The position numbers and the translations under genes are program-made. 64,000 bases of DNA from an uncultured bacterium (GTDB lineage: Bacteria > Hydrothermota > UBA3073 > NMUJ01 > CBEVQO01). A model generated the notes under the pieces. The model did no database searches and had not been told where the DNA came from. It saw only the letters and a program-made list of their open reading frames with translations. The DNA lies in assembly GCA_965552055.1 (NCBI GenBank), contig CBEVQO010000002.1:96001-160000 (forward strand), read 5' to 3'. Below are positions 46,752 through 57,608 of the stretch, in pieces. How positions within the stretch are numbered: position 1 is the stretch's first letter; every line of letters starts with the position of its first letter.

Positions 46752-48904
46752 TTCTTTGCTTATTTTTAAGCATTTTTTATGGATACGGTAGTGCGAGTTC
46801 ACTTGGGGCATACGGCGTTATAGCAAATCCCGCTGGAATGAAAATAAGAACAGAATACGGAAGCTTCTCAATCTTGCGGTATCCAATGCTTACATCTGTA
46901 ACATATCTCGGGGATATCGGATTTTGCACAATATCTGACACTCTCACAAAAATAAAATTACTTCCTGAAAATTACATCATCAGTATTGCACCTTTATCTC
47001 TTCAAAAAGGCGAATTAACGCTCTTCGGAGGTTATTCTTTCATAAAGAAAAAAGATAAAAAATTTCATAGAATAGGATTTCTTTTGCCACTTTCTGACAA
47101 AATATTTCTGGGCTCACATTTCACATATAGTGATGATAAATTGAATTATGAAGCAGGAATTTTCGCAAGACCTTTAAAATTTGTGGATATAAAAGTAGAT
47201 GTTATAAAAGACACATCTTTAGAATATAATTTGGGAGCACTTTTTAAAATTCAGAATTTCGAATTCTGGGGAGACTATCTTTTAAATGTGAAAAGATATA
47301 GAGCAGGTTTTCTTTTCAAATACAAGAGACTTGGATTTGGTGTTTTTTATGACAAAGGTATCTCTTTTGAATTGTGCTTTCTGAAAAGAAGCGTACCTCT
47401 GGCTTTCTTGAAAAAGAAAAGAATTGCAGAAGTTGTTGTCAAAGGAAGTTATCCCGAGATTAAAATTAAGGGCGATTTGATGTTCGGCTTCAAACCTGTC
47501 CCCTATTTTTATAATTTCCTATCAAAAATTCATAAACTCTCAAAGATAAAAGGCATAAAAGCGGTCTTATTTAATCTAAAAGATTTTAATATGTCCTATG
47601 CACAGGTTGAAGAAGTAAGAGAAGAAATTATGAAATTGAAGAAAAAAGGAGTTAAGATTATCTTTTACTCACCCCATTATGGTCCTCTTTCCTATTATCT
47701 TGCAAGTTGTGGTGATTATGTGATAATATCTCCCATGGGCGAAATTTATCTCGGTGGATTAGCGGTTTATTCTGTGCATTTTAAGAAAACATTAGACAAA
47801 CTCGATATCGAAGTTGATACTTTTCGGGTAGGGAAATACAAATCCGCAATAGAGGCATTTGCAAGGGATAAGATGTCGGATGAAGATAGAGAACAAACCA
47901 TGACTTTTTTAAAAGACTTATGGAAAGAAATATCATCAAAAATATGCGAGAGATTAAAAATTACTGAAGATTCTCTTATGAAAATTGTGAATGAAAAAAT
48001 CATTTTGAATGACAGAGAAGCCGTTTCACTGGGATTTTGTGATACTTTTCTTTATGAATGGGAAGTTAAAAATTTTGTAAAGAAAAAAATTGGTAGATAT
48101 AAAATAACTCCGATTGATAAAATTCTATCTGATTTTTCTTCTGAAAAATCATTTTTTGCACCCAAGATTGCTGTTGTGATTGCAGAAGGTAACATAATCC
48201 TTGGCGAAAGTAATTATTCGCAACATTTTTTATTTGGCGAACAGAAACTGATAGGTTCAGAAACCATGAAAAAGATTTTTTCACAGATAGAGCGCGATAA
48301 AAGGATTAAGGGAGTTGTTTTCAGGGTAAATTCCGGAGGAGGTGATGCTCTTGCATCGGAAATTATTGCAAAATCACTGGAGAAATGCAGAAAAAAGAAA
48401 CCAGTAGTTGTATCAATGGGCGAAATGGCAGCTTCTGGTGGATATTACATATCATGCCTATCAGATAAAATTTATGCCGATAAAATGACGCTAACAGGGT
48501 CAATAGGTGTACTTTCTTTAAAACTCATACTCAAAGGTTTATATGATAAACTTGGCATCACCTTTGACACATTAAAAATCGGAGAACATGCTTTGATGTG
48601 GTCGGATTTAAGAAAAATGAATGAAAAAGAAAGAAAAAGGGTAAAAGAACTAATTAAATGGTTTTATGATAAATTTATAGAAAGAGTATCAGAAGGCAGG
48701 GGCTTATCAAAATCATATGTTGATTCGATTGCCCAGGGAAGAATCTGGTCAGGACTCTCTGCTCTTAACCTAAAATTAATCGACAAAAATGGAAATATTT
48801 TTGATGCAATTGAAGAAGTTAAAAATCTGGCAAAAGTAAAAAAGCCAGAAATTGAAGTTATTATTTTACCGAAAAAGAAGAAAAGAAAATTATTACCATT
48901 TTAA
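46748..48904 (+). CDS. sppA: Signal peptide peptidase SppA with N-terminal extension
   Basis: YYLAS, GKYKSAIE, RVNSGGG, SMGEMAASGGYYI, TGSIGV, QGRIWSG. Confidence 0.9.
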   Translation: MILCLFLSIFYGYGSASSLGAYGVIANPAGMKIRTEYGSFSILRYPMLTSVTYLGDIGFCTISDTLTKIKLLPENYIISIAPLSLQKGELTLFGGYSFIKKKDKKFHRIGFLLPLSDKIFLGSHFTYSDDKLNYEAGIFARPLKFVDIKVDVIKDTSLEYNLGALFKIQNFEFWGDYLLNVKRYRAGFLFKYKRLGFGVFYDKGISFELCFLKRSVPLAFLKKKRIAEVVVKGSYPEIKIKGDLMFGFKPVPYFYNFLSKIHKLSKIKGIKAVLFNLKDFNMSYAQVEEVREEIMKLKKKGVKIIFYSPHYGPLSYYLASCGDYVIISPMGEIYLGGLAVYSVHFKKTLDKLDIEVDTFRVGKYKSAIEAFARDKMSDEDREQTMTFLKDLWKEISSKICERLKITEDSLMKIVNEKIILNDREAVSLGFCDTFLYEWEVKNFVKKKIGRYKITPIDKILSDFSSEKSFFAPKIAVVIAEGNIILGESNYSQHFLFGEQKLIGSETMKKIFSQIERDKRIKGVVFRVNSGGGDALASEIIAKSLEKCRKKKPVVVSMGEMAASGGYYISCLSDKIYADKMTLTGSIGVLSLKLILKGLYDKLGITFDTLKIGEHALMWSDLRKMNEKERKRVKELIKWFYDKFIERVSEGRGLSKSYVDSIAQGRIWSGLSALNLKLIDKNGNIFDAIEEVKNLAKVKKPEIEVIILPKKKKRKLLPF

Positions 48905-48907
48905 ATT

Positions 48908-49861
48908 ATGAGAGCTTTATCTCTTTTTTCTGGGGGACTTGATAGTTTACTTGCTACCAGATTGATTCAAGAACAGGGTATAGAGGTCATCGGTGTATTT
49001 TTCAGGACACCCTTTTTAGCGGTTGGCACAGAAAACAAAGTTAAGAAAATGGCAAAGATGGTTGGAATTCCTCTTTTCGTTGTCTTTTTGGGAAGAGAAT
49101 ATATTGAACTTATAAAAAATCCACCCCATGGTTATGGTGAAAATATGAATCCATGTCTTGACTGTCACGCCATGATGGCGAAAAAAGCAAAAATGCTAAT
49201 GGAAAAACTGGGAGCGAAATTTCTGATAACAGGAGAAGTAGTTGGAGAAAGAGGAAGCCAAACCCGTCCTTATATGCGTTACATTGAGAAATATGCAGGA
49301 TTAAAAGATTTAATTTTAAGACCTCTTTCTGCAAAAATTTTACCCGAAACTATACCGGAAAAAGAAAAATGGGTAAATCGTGAGAAATTATTGGGAATAA
49401 GTGGCAGAAGCAGAAAACCTCAATTTGAACTCGCACAGAAATACGGATTCAAAGATTTTCCAACACCTTCCGGTGGATGCCTTATTACAGACCCGACCTT
49501 CTGCCAAAGATTAAAAGATGCTTTTGAACATGGAGAAGATTCTCTCGAAAGAATAGAATTACTAAAATATGGAAGACATTTCAGATTAAAATCCGGTGCA
49601 AAAGTAGTTGTCGCAAGAAATGATTTTGAATCAAGGAAAATCAAAAGGCTGGCAATTTACGGAGATTATTTGATACAGTGTCACAAAGAAAAAGCACCTC
49701 TCACATTACTTATGGGCGACGAAAATGATTTAGAGGAAGCCATAAAATATTGTATAAAATATTCAAAAATGAAAAAAGGGACTTATACCGTAAGACAGAA
49801 AGGCAAAGGTATTTTATACAGGGCGAATTTTGACACCGAAGTGTCTGAGAGCATCAAGTAA
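48908..49861 (+). CDS. PP-loop tRNA thiolation-family protein (ThiI/MnmA-like)
   Basis: FSGGLDS, MNPCLDCH, ITGEV, LRPLSAK, PSGGCL, GRHFR. Confidence 0.8.
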   Translation: MRALSLFSGGLDSLLATRLIQEQGIEVIGVFFRTPFLAVGTENKVKKMAKMVGIPLFVVFLGREYIELIKNPPHGYGENMNPCLDCHAMMAKKAKMLMEKLGAKFLITGEVVGERGSQTRPYMRYIEKYAGLKDLILRPLSAKILPETIPEKEKWVNREKLLGISGRSRKPQFELAQKYGFKDFPTPSGGCLITDPTFCQRLKDAFEHGEDSLERIELLKYGRHFRLKSGAKVVVARNDFESRKIKRLAIYGDYLIQCHKEKAPLTLLMGDENDLEEAIKYCIKYSKMKKGTYTVRQKGKGILYRANFDTEVSESIK

Positions 49862-50182
49862 AGAATATTTTATCGTCAAAAAATCAAGCAGTCCCACTTC
49901 TTTTATTATGTCTTCCGCAAGAGAAGATAGATTTATCAGCACAATATCGCCTCCAAGACCCCTTGCCGTCTTGGTAAGATAAATTATCACTCCAAGACCC
50001 TGTGTGGAAATAAATTCCATATCTTTAAGATCAAGTATTATCTTTATCTCTCCTTCTTTTATCCTTTTTTCAAAGTAATCCAGTAACACTTGGGAAGATG
50101 TATCATCAAGAGCAAAATTAATCTTATAAACGGGTATACCCTTTACCTCTTCGTATTCCAGTTTTATTCCTTCTTTTTTCAT
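49814..50182 (-). CDS. STAS-domain anti-sigma antagonist
   Basis: IILDLKDMEFISTQGLG. Confidence 0.85.
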   Translation of the reverse strand: MKKEGIKLEYEEVKGIPVYKINFALDDTSSQVLLDYFEKRIKEGEIKIILDLKDMEFISTQGLGVIIYLTKTARGLGGDIVLINLSSLAEDIIKEVGLLDFLTIKYSLLDALRHFGVKIRPV

Positions 50183-50526
50183 TTGAATTTCAATAATGCC
50201 TCATCAAGTGTATCAGTTACATTAAGAACGGATAGCAGTTGCACTTCGTTCAATATATCCCAGTTTGGTGAAGACAGTTCACATATCACGAGGTCACCAC
50301 CTCTTTCCCTTGCCATACGAGTAATAGCAACAAGAGCACCCAATCCCTGGGTTGATATAAAATCAACTTTCCTCATGTGAAATACTATTTTGCGCCTGCC
50401 ACTTTTAATTTCTTCTGCCATAAAATCAATTAGAGATTGTGAAGTCATTTCATCAAGAGGTGTCGCAATATAATACACAGATACATCTCCATGCTCTTCA
50501 CGCCAAAATTTGGCAACCTCAGCCAT
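50179..50526 (-). CDS. STAS-domain anti-sigma antagonist
   Basis: VDFISTQGLG. Confidence 0.85.
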   Translation of the reverse strand: MAEVAKFWREEHGDVSVYYIATPLDEMTSQSLIDFMAEEIKSGRRKIVFHMRKVDFISTQGLGALVAITRMARERGGDLVICELSSPNWDILNEVQLLSVLNVTDTLDEALLKFK

Positions 50527-50875
50527 TATCCCCCCTTATTATTGAAATTGCTTCTTTAACTGATGAACACATATCAATCACTTCCGGTATGCCCACAGCT
50601 TTTATTATTTCGGAAATTTTTTTGTTTAAATTAGCTATTATAAACCTGCCTCCTTTGTTTTTACAATTAACACTAAGGGTAAATAAAGCAGCTATCCCAT
50701 TGGTAGATATAAAATTTACATCACCCATATCAACGATAAGATTGGGTGACTCTTTCTCAATGTAAGATTTGGCTTCTTCAAAAAATTTGCGAGCATATTC
50801 CTCATCCATATCACCCGATAGATAAAACACACCAACATCATTTACCTTCTCAAATTTGAAATTATCTACGCACAT
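50519..50875 (-). CDS. STAS-domain anti-sigma antagonist
   Basis: LSGDMD, LIVDMGDVNFISTNG. Confidence 0.85.
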   Translation of the reverse strand: MCVDNFKFEKVNDVGVFYLSGDMDEEYARKFFEEAKSYIEKESPNLIVDMGDVNFISTNGIAALFTLSVNCKNKGGRFIIANLNKKISEIIKAVGIPEVIDMCSSVKEAISIIRGDNG

Positions 50876-53262
50876 ACTATATTCAAAAGCTTGCCCTTCA
50901 CATAAATTATACGCTTTATCTCTTTACCCTCTGTAAATCTTTTAACATTCCAGTGAGAAAGCGCTTTCTCCTTAATTTCTTCTTCCCCAGCATCAGCAGG
51001 TACCTCAATCTCACCCCTTACCTTGCTATTCACCTGCACCACTATTTTTATCTTTTCTTCTTTTATCTCTTTGTAAGATGGCCATTCTGTTCTGAAAACA
51101 GATTCTTTTTTGCCAATTTTATGCCACAGTTCTTCTGCTAAATGCGGTGCAAAAGGTGCTAAAAGCTTTATATAGTTGAAAAGCGCCCAGCCAAAAGCAG
51201 GGTCACTATCTTTACCCTGTAATTCGTTCAAAAATTCCATAAGAGAAGCAATTCCCGTATTCAAACCAAAATTCTCAATCTGTTGGGTTATTCTCTTTAT
51301 ATATTTATGGGTCAATCTGTAAACAGGACTATCAACATCGGGTTCCCTTTCTGTAACTTTATCAATGTTTTGCTCAAAGAAGTTAAATAACCTTCTTATA
51401 AATCTCCTTGCTCCTGTTACATTCTTATCCATCCAGATTCCATCTTTATCAGGCGGTCCCATAAACAAAATAGCAAGACGGGCTACATCCGCTCCTTCTT
51501 TCTCAACAAAAGGACCAACTTCAACTACATTTCCCTTTGACTTCGACATAACCTGACCCTTCTCATCCTTTACCATACCCTGATTGAACAACTTTATGGC
51601 TGGCTCATCAACATTAACCCAGCCTTTATCATAAAGGAACTTTGTCATAAAACGGAAATAAAGAAGATGACCCGTAGCATGCTCAGCACCACCTATATAA
51701 AGGTCTATCGGCATCCAGATTTTCACTTTCTCAGGTTCAAACGGCTTTTTGTCATTTTTAGGGTCAATGTATCTCAGGAAATACCAGGACGAACACATAA
51801 ATGTATCCATGGTATCTGTATCACGCTTCGCCTCTCCTCCACATTTTGGACATTTCGTATTCACAAACTCAGGAACAGATGCAAGTGGAGATTTGCCCCG
51901 TGGTGCATAATCTTTTACTTCAGGAAGCAAAACAGGTAAATCTTCTTCGGGCACAGGAACGATTCCACATTTTTCACAATAAATTATAGGAATAGGTGCA
52001 CCCCAGTATCTCTGACGGGAAATGAGCCAGTCCCTCAACCTGTATGTTACCTTTTTGCGACCAAATCCCTTTTCATTAAACCACTCTATAAGCTGCGGTA
52101 TCGCTTCTTCAGATGTTTTACCCGTAAACTCACCCGAATTTATCATTATGCCCTTTTCAGTAAAAGCACCATTAGAAAAATCCCATTCGCCTTCCTTTGG
52201 CTTTATAACCTGTTTCACAGGAAGATTATATTGCTGGGCAAACTCAAAATCTCGCTGATCATGAGCAGGCACACCCATAACAGCTCCTGTGCCATAAAGA
52301 GGCAATACATAATCCGCAACATAAAGAGGCACTCTTTCACCATTCACAGGATTAATGACATATTTCCCGGTAAAATAGCCATTCTTCTGAAATTGACGCT
52401 CATATTCAGGACGCCTTAAAACATCTTCAATAAATCTTGAAAGTCCAGAATCTTTTTTAGAAAGCTCAATCGCAACTGGATGCTCAGGTGCAATTGCAAG
52501 AAATGTGACACCAAAAACGGTATCAGGACGGGTGGTGAAAACAGATATTTTACCACCATCAAATTCAAAATCAATTTCTGCACCTTCACTCCTTCCTATC
52601 CAGTATTCCTGCATTCTTTTTATCTCATCTGGCCAGTCTTTTAACTTTTTAAGGTCATTTAATAACCTTTCGGCATAAGCAGTAATCTTTATAAACCATT
52701 GATTTAGAGATTTTTTACCAACCTGAGAGCCACACCTCCAGCATCTACCTTCTATAACCTGCTCATTCGCAAGAACTGTCTGACAGCCAGGACACCAGTT
52801 GACATAAGCCTCTTTCTTATAAGCAAGTCCACTCTTATACAACTGCAAAAATAACCATTGCGTCCACTTATAATAATCGGGATTGCAGGAAATAACTTCC
52901 CTGTCCCAATCATAACTTATACCAACGAGTTTCAAACTTTTCCTTGATTTCTCAATGTTATTCATGGTCCACTCACGGGGATGTATTCCCCTCAAAATAG
53001 CAGCATTCTCGGCAGGCAAACCAAAAGCATCCCAGCCCATGGGATGTAAAACCTGATAACCCCTCATCCACTTATAACGAGCAATGGTATCACCTATCAC
53101 ATAATTCCTCAAATGTCCCATATGCATATCACCGGAAGGATAAGGAAACATACAGAGCAAATAAAATTTCTTCTTCGGATTGTCAGAAACTTTAAAAATA
53201 CCTTCACTCTCCCAGAATTCCTGCCACTTCCTTTCTACCTCTTTAAAATCATACTTCTCCAT
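50866..53262 (-). CDS. leuS: Leucine-tRNA ligase
   Basis: MFPYPSG.MHMGH, GWDAFGLPAENAA, RDWLISRQRYWG, VMSKSKGN. Confidence 0.97.
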   Translation of the reverse strand: MEKYDFKEVERKWQEFWESEGIFKVSDNPKKKFYLLCMFPYPSGDMHMGHLRNYVIGDTIARYKWMRGYQVLHPMGWDAFGLPAENAAILRGIHPREWTMNNIEKSRKSLKLVGISYDWDREVISCNPDYYKWTQWLFLQLYKSGLAYKKEAYVNWCPGCQTVLANEQVIEGRCWRCGSQVGKKSLNQWFIKITAYAERLLNDLKKLKDWPDEIKRMQEYWIGRSEGAEIDFEFDGGKISVFTTRPDTVFGVTFLAIAPEHPVAIELSKKDSGLSRFIEDVLRRPEYERQFQKNGYFTGKYVINPVNGERVPLYVADYVLPLYGTGAVMGVPAHDQRDFEFAQQYNLPVKQVIKPKEGEWDFSNGAFTEKGIMINSGEFTGKTSEEAIPQLIEWFNEKGFGRKKVTYRLRDWLISRQRYWGAPIPIIYCEKCGIVPVPEEDLPVLLPEVKDYAPRGKSPLASVPEFVNTKCPKCGGEAKRDTDTMDTFMCSSWYFLRYIDPKNDKKPFEPEKVKIWMPIDLYIGGAEHATGHLLYFRFMTKFLYDKGWVNVDEPAIKLFNQGMVKDEKGQVMSKSKGNVVEVGPFVEKEGADVARLAILFMGPPDKDGIWMDKNVTGARRFIRRLFNFFEQNIDKVTEREPDVDSPVYRLTHKYIKRITQQIENFGLNTGIASLMEFLNELQGKDSDPAFGWALFNYIKLLAPFAPHLAEELWHKIGKKESVFRTEWPSYKEIKEEKIKIVVQVNSKVRGEIEVPADAGEEEIKEKALSHWNVKRFTEGKEIKRIIYVKGKLLNIVCA

Positions 53263-53272
53263 AATCTTTTAA

Positions 53273-53299
53273 ATTATATCTATTTTTCGATTTTGTCAA
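53273..53299 (-). promoter_or_regulatory. Promoter TTGACA-N15-TATAAT of leuS
   Basis: Perfect hexamers 10 nt upstream of the ATG. Confidence 0.7.
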
Positions 53300-53302
53300 G
53301 TA

Positions 53303-53559
53303 TTTTTTGCCCCGCCTCCCAGTCCCCACCTTCCCATGTGCACACCCCGAGCACAGCACAAGCACCATTAACCCTTTCAACGCACTTCTCACACCTTTCC
53401 CGTAATAAGTCAAATTCCCAACCAAACCATTGCCACACTCAAAAACCACCTAAGCACTTTAAAAGCCCTATCCTCCAACAAAATGCGGTTCAGCTTATGT
53501 GCTCGGGGTGTGACAAAAGACCCTTATGTAACAGGCTCGGCTACGCCTCGCATTAAAAA
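53303..53559 (-). repeat. Structured intergenic repeat, copy 3 (longer, inverted)
   Basis: Same termini as copy 2; different 15-bp inner stem cacaccccgagcaca/tgtgctcggggtgtg. Confidence 0.8.
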
Positions 53560-53597
53560 CTTTACCCTTGACATTTTCTGTTTTTTGTTATAATGTT

Positions 53598-54251
53598 ATG
53601 ATGAAAATAAACCACAAAATTATAATCCTCTTATTTTCTTATATGGTTTCGCTTGCAGTCACCACCCAAAATTCACGGTGTTATCGATTAAAAATGGGGA
53701 TATTTTTTTCGAATTATCGCCTTTTTCAAACGAATTGGACAGGTGTCAATAAAAGTGGTTACAGCTGGAATGGTCCTTCGGGAAGTTATACGAATCGTTT
53801 GAATATCGGACTTTATTTTTTATACCTTTTAAACAAAACAGTAACAATAGGAGTAGATATTTCATATTATCATCTTAAATTGAGTGAAAGTATCGGATGT
53901 ACTGATTACTATCTTCATAAACTTAAAATTTTAAACATTTCTCCAACCATAGAGCATAAGGTTTATAAAACCAGTTTACTCACTTTATATGAAGCTGCAG
54001 GAATATCATTGTGTAATAATATTTTATCACTCGATTATTACGAAAAAACTTTCTACGGTATCACATTCAATATCTTTATAAATTTGGGAATAGATTTCAG
54101 ATGCAGGGATAAAATGATTATAGGTCCAATTATAAAAATAAATTACTACCATAAAAAGATAAAATGGAATAAATCATTTACTTTCATCTCCAACGAGAAA
54201 AACGCCCTGCCATTAAGTGGAATTGAATTAGGATTAAGATGCCTGTTTTAA
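53598..54251 (+). CDS. Putative outer-membrane beta-barrel protein
   Basis: Signal-like N-terminus, alternating aromatic strands, C-terminal Phe; the TTG at 53568 is the -35 box of its promoter. Confidence 0.55.
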   Translation: MMKINHKIIILLFSYMVSLAVTTQNSRCYRLKMGIFFSNYRLFQTNWTGVNKSGYSWNGPSGSYTNRLNIGLYFLYLLNKTVTIGVDISYYHLKLSESIGCTDYYLHKLKILNISPTIEHKVYKTSLLTLYEAAGISLCNNILSLDYYEKTFYGITFNIFINLGIDFRCRDKMIIGPIIKINYYHKKIKWNKSFTFISNEKNALPLSGIELGLRCLF

Positions 54252-54309
54252 AAATCCAAAAATTGTTGACAAACTCACATCAAGATTAAAATTAATGAGG
54301 GAGGGGAGT

Positions 54310-55563
54310 ATGTGGCGTTATATCTTACCAATATTAATAAGTGTAGGATTGGGTGCACAAACAGTAAAGGTTGGATACGGATACTCAACCGAACACGATG
54401 TGAAAACAGCCGTGAAAAAAGCAGTAGCCGATATGACAAAAGCAATAGGAGAAGAACCAGACTGGGTAATGGTAGTATCAACCGTGCTCTACGACTCAGA
54501 TGCACTCATAAAAGAATTATCATCTCAGTTAAAGAAAGCCAAAATATACGGAGAGACAAGTTGCCTTGGAGTAGTTGTGCCCGATGGCTTCATAACAGGA
54601 GAAAAAGGTGCACTCGCAGTATTGGGTGTAAAATCCGATAAAATAACTTTCGGAGTGGGATATGCCGAAATTGGAACAAATCCCAGGGATGCAGGCAAAA
54701 AAGCAGTTAAAGCAGCAATCGCAGATGCCGGTAAGACAATAAAAGAAAAGCCCAAAATAATCCTGATGTGCGCAACACCCGGCGAAGAAGAGGATATCCT
54801 CGCAGGTATCGCAGAAGTTGTCGGTAAAGATGTGCCTGTTTACGGAGGCTCAGCTGCAGACAATGATATATCCGGTAAATGGAAAGTATTTGCACGCAAT
54901 AAAGCACTATCTAAAGGCGTAGTATTAACCGTAGTTTATACCGATTTAAAAATAGGACACGCTTATGCATCGGGATATGTTGGCACCGGCAAGAAAGGTG
55001 TTGTAACAAAAGCAGAAGCAAGAAGGATTTACGAAATAGATGGTAAACCATGTGCAGATGTGTTCAACGAATGGACAGGCGGAAAATATACCGAAGCAAT
55101 CAAGAAATGCGAGGTAATACTTGGACCTGCATCTTTCACACCACTTGCAAGAAGATTCATGGTCGGAAAAGAAGAAAAATGGGTATCAATTCATCCGCAC
55201 AAGTTCTACGAGGATAAATCTCTATCTGTGTTCGCAAAGGTAAACACAGGAGATACTCTCTATCTGATTGAAGGAAGCCCGGAGATACTGCTCGAAAGAC
55301 CAAAGCCCCTCGTCAAAAAAGCACTGTTAAAAGGTGGGATAAAAACAGAAGATGTAGCTTTCGGAATATTCATCTATTGCGCAGGAACTATGCTCGCAAT
55401 AAAAGATAAATTCCCAGAAATACCAGGTGCTATAAAGACATTGCTCGGAGGAAAGCCTTTCATCGGTGCATGTACCTTCGGAGAACAGGGACAGGTGAGC
55501 CCTGCTTACGGAAACTTCCACGGAAATTTGATGTGCTCGATGACTATCTTCGGTGCAAAATAA
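54310..55563 (+). CDS. FIST N/C-domain sensor protein with apparent signal peptide
   Basis: [38 protein letters not shown]. Confidence 0.85.
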   Translation: MWRYILPILISVGLGAQTVKVGYGYSTEHDVKTAVKKAVADMTKAIGEEPDWVMVVSTVLYDSDALIKELSSQLKKAKIYGETSCLGVVVPDGFITGEKGALAVLGVKSDKITFGVGYAEIGTNPRDAGKKAVKAAIADAGKTIKEKPKIILMCATPGEEEDILAGIAEVVGKDVPVYGGSAADNDISGKWKVFARNKALSKGVVLTVVYTDLKIGHAYASGYVGTGKKGVVTKAEARRIYEIDGKPCADVFNEWTGGKYTEAIKKCEVILGPASFTPLARRFMVGKEEKWVSIHPHKFYEDKSLSVFAKVNTGDTLYLIEGSPEILLERPKPLVKKALLKGGIKTEDVAFGIFIYCAGTMLAIKDKFPEIPGAIKTLLGGKPFIGACTFGEQGQVSPAYGNFHGNLMCSMTIFGAK

Positions 55564-57325
55564 ATTGAGAAGCTTAAAATTTGAAATCTTATTCACAGTA
55601 GAGCTCGTAATAATAATACTCTGTATTATAACAGGTTTATATTATGTGCGTCTGGAAAACAAAACTGCATTTCAGCGCTTCTGCTCAAACATAAAAGCAA
55701 CAACCGATGAAATCGGCTTCTCGGCAAAAGATGGATTGTTACTCGCAGATAAAAATCTCATCGAATTAAGTATCAAAGAAAAACTTGTCCAAACAAAACT
55801 TGAACCTTACGAAATAATACTTTATTCAAAAGATGGAAAATTTATATGGGGAAGCAGTAAAGGTTTGCTCTCGTATGAGCCACTATTATCGCGAGAAAGT
55901 AAATGCGAACTTATAAAAAGGAATTCAAAAAAATTAATCCAATGCATAAGTGAAATTAAATCGGGCTCAATGACACTGGGATATTGCAAAGCAGTTTATG
56001 AACTCACACAATACTTACATGAAGTACGCAGAAATATAAGAAACATCTTATTGTTATGCATTATGTTTCTCACAATAGGTGCAGGTGCAACCCTTCTGTT
56101 ATCACGGCGATTGATAAAACCAATTGATAAATTAAAAGAAACAGCCCTCAAAGTAGCTTCAGGGGATTACAGCTCGAGAGCAAATGTTTCTTCAAAAAAT
56201 GAAATCGGCTTGCTCGCAAGCACATTTAATGAAATGCTCGATAAACTGCAGGAAAAAACAGAGAGAGAAAAAGAAATAATGGAAGAACTAAAAAAGTTTT
56301 CCGATGAGCTGGAAAAAAGCGTAGCAGAAGTAGTAAAAATATTCAATAAACTGGCAGAAGGTGACTTATCAACCGAAATCAATTTAAATCCCAAATATGA
56401 ACCTTTAAAAGAATTAAGCGTTTCATTAAATCAAATGATAAAAGATTTATCAACATTAATATTAAGAGTAAAACAAATTAGCACCGTTGTGATAAATACA
56501 GCAGAAGAAGTGAATAAATTAACTCACAGAGTTACATCGGGTGTTGAACAACAGGAAAAACAGGCAGAAGAAACATCATCATCGGTTGGAGAAGTATTGC
56601 ACACCATAACATCACTTGCACAAAAAGCACAGATGATTAAAGAAGAAGCAGAATCTTCACTGAATTCCGCGGAAAATGGTAAAAAACTGGTAGAAGAAGC
56701 AGTTAATCGTATCAATGAATTAAACGATGCAATAAATAATGTGGCTGAAAAAATAACGGGTTTAACAGAAAATGCTTCGGCTATCGGTGGTATCATTAAC
56801 ACAATCGAAGATATATCCGAACAAATAAATTTGCTGGCATTAAATGCATCAATAGAAGCAGCTCGTGCAGGCGAATATGGAAGGGGATTTTCCGTTGTGG
56901 CAGATGAGGTGCGTAAATTGGCTGAAAACACAAGAAACGCAGCATCTCAAATCAGTTTCATATTAAAAAATATTCAAACACAAACAGCAGAATCAAGAGA
57001 ATTAACAGAAGAAGCGAGTAAAATTTCGAAAGAAACAGTAAATTATGCATCGCAGGCAAAAGATGCCTTATCAAAAATTGTGGAAGATTCAAGAAATTTA
57101 ACAATGTATGTGGCAGATATGGCAAGAGCAGAAGAAGAGGAAACATCAGCAGTCGAAATGATATCCCAGAAGGTAAATTCAATTTTACAGATATCAAAGG
57201 AAAGCGCTGAAATAGCAGAAAGAGTCAGCAAATCAATGGAAAATTTATTGGCAGAAATTCAGGAAATGGGAAAATTCATAGTAAAATTTAAAATATCAGA
57301 AGAAAAATCCATAAAACCTGTATAA
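55553..57325 (+). CDS. Methyl-accepting chemotaxis protein (two TM, HAMP)
   Basis: [36 protein letters not shown]. Confidence 0.93.
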   Translation: MQNKLRSLKFEILFTVELVIIILCIITGLYYVRLENKTAFQRFCSNIKATTDEIGFSAKDGLLLADKNLIELSIKEKLVQTKLEPYEIILYSKDGKFIWGSSKGLLSYEPLLSRESKCELIKRNSKKLIQCISEIKSGSMTLGYCKAVYELTQYLHEVRRNIRNILLLCIMFLTIGAGATLLLSRRLIKPIDKLKETALKVASGDYSSRANVSSKNEIGLLASTFNEMLDKLQEKTEREKEIMEELKKFSDELEKSVAEVVKIFNKLAEGDLSTEINLNPKYEPLKELSVSLNQMIKDLSTLILRVKQISTVVINTAEEVNKLTHRVTSGVEQQEKQAEETSSSVGEVLHTITSLAQKAQMIKEEAESSLNSAENGKKLVEEAVNRINELNDAINNVAEKITGLTENASAIGGIINTIEDISEQINLLALNASIEAARAGEYGRGFSVVADEVRKLAENTRNAASQISFILKNIQTQTAESRELTEEASKISKETVNYASQAKDALSKIVEDSRNLTMYVADMARAEEEETSAVEMISQKVNSILQISKESAEIAERVSKSMENLLAEIQEMGKFIVKFKISEEKSIKPV

Positions 57326-57550
57326 TTAAAGTAGACGCTTAATATTAACGCTATCGTCGGACAAATTATGAATTATCTTAAAAGTTGCTTCTCCCGACCT
57401 TACATAAAAAATTCTATGACGCTTCCTCGTCTCAAAATCTTCTCTCAATTCCTGATAAACAATCTCATCAACATCATAATCTTTCCCCTCAAATTTAAAT
57501 TTAACAGGAAAAGTTTTGCCCCTGTGACTCTCAAACCATTTCACTTCCAT
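57326..57550 (-). CDS. Small hypothetical protein
   Basis: 74 aa; PVKFKFEGKDYDVDEI; protein-like composition. Confidence 0.6.
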   Translation of the reverse strand: MEVKWFESHRGKTFPVKFKFEGKDYDVDEIVYQELREDFETRKRHRIFYVRSGEATFKIIHNLSDDSVNIKRLL

Positions 57551-57608
57551 ATCTCATATTCAAAATTTTTCTCTTATCCACAGCACCGTCCTTTCGTCAT
57601 CTTCTTCC

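Noticed and set aside
53113..53556. ORFs 53113-53556 (+) and 53249-53449 (-)
   Set aside because: They overlap leuS, its promoter and the structured repeat, and have atypical composition.
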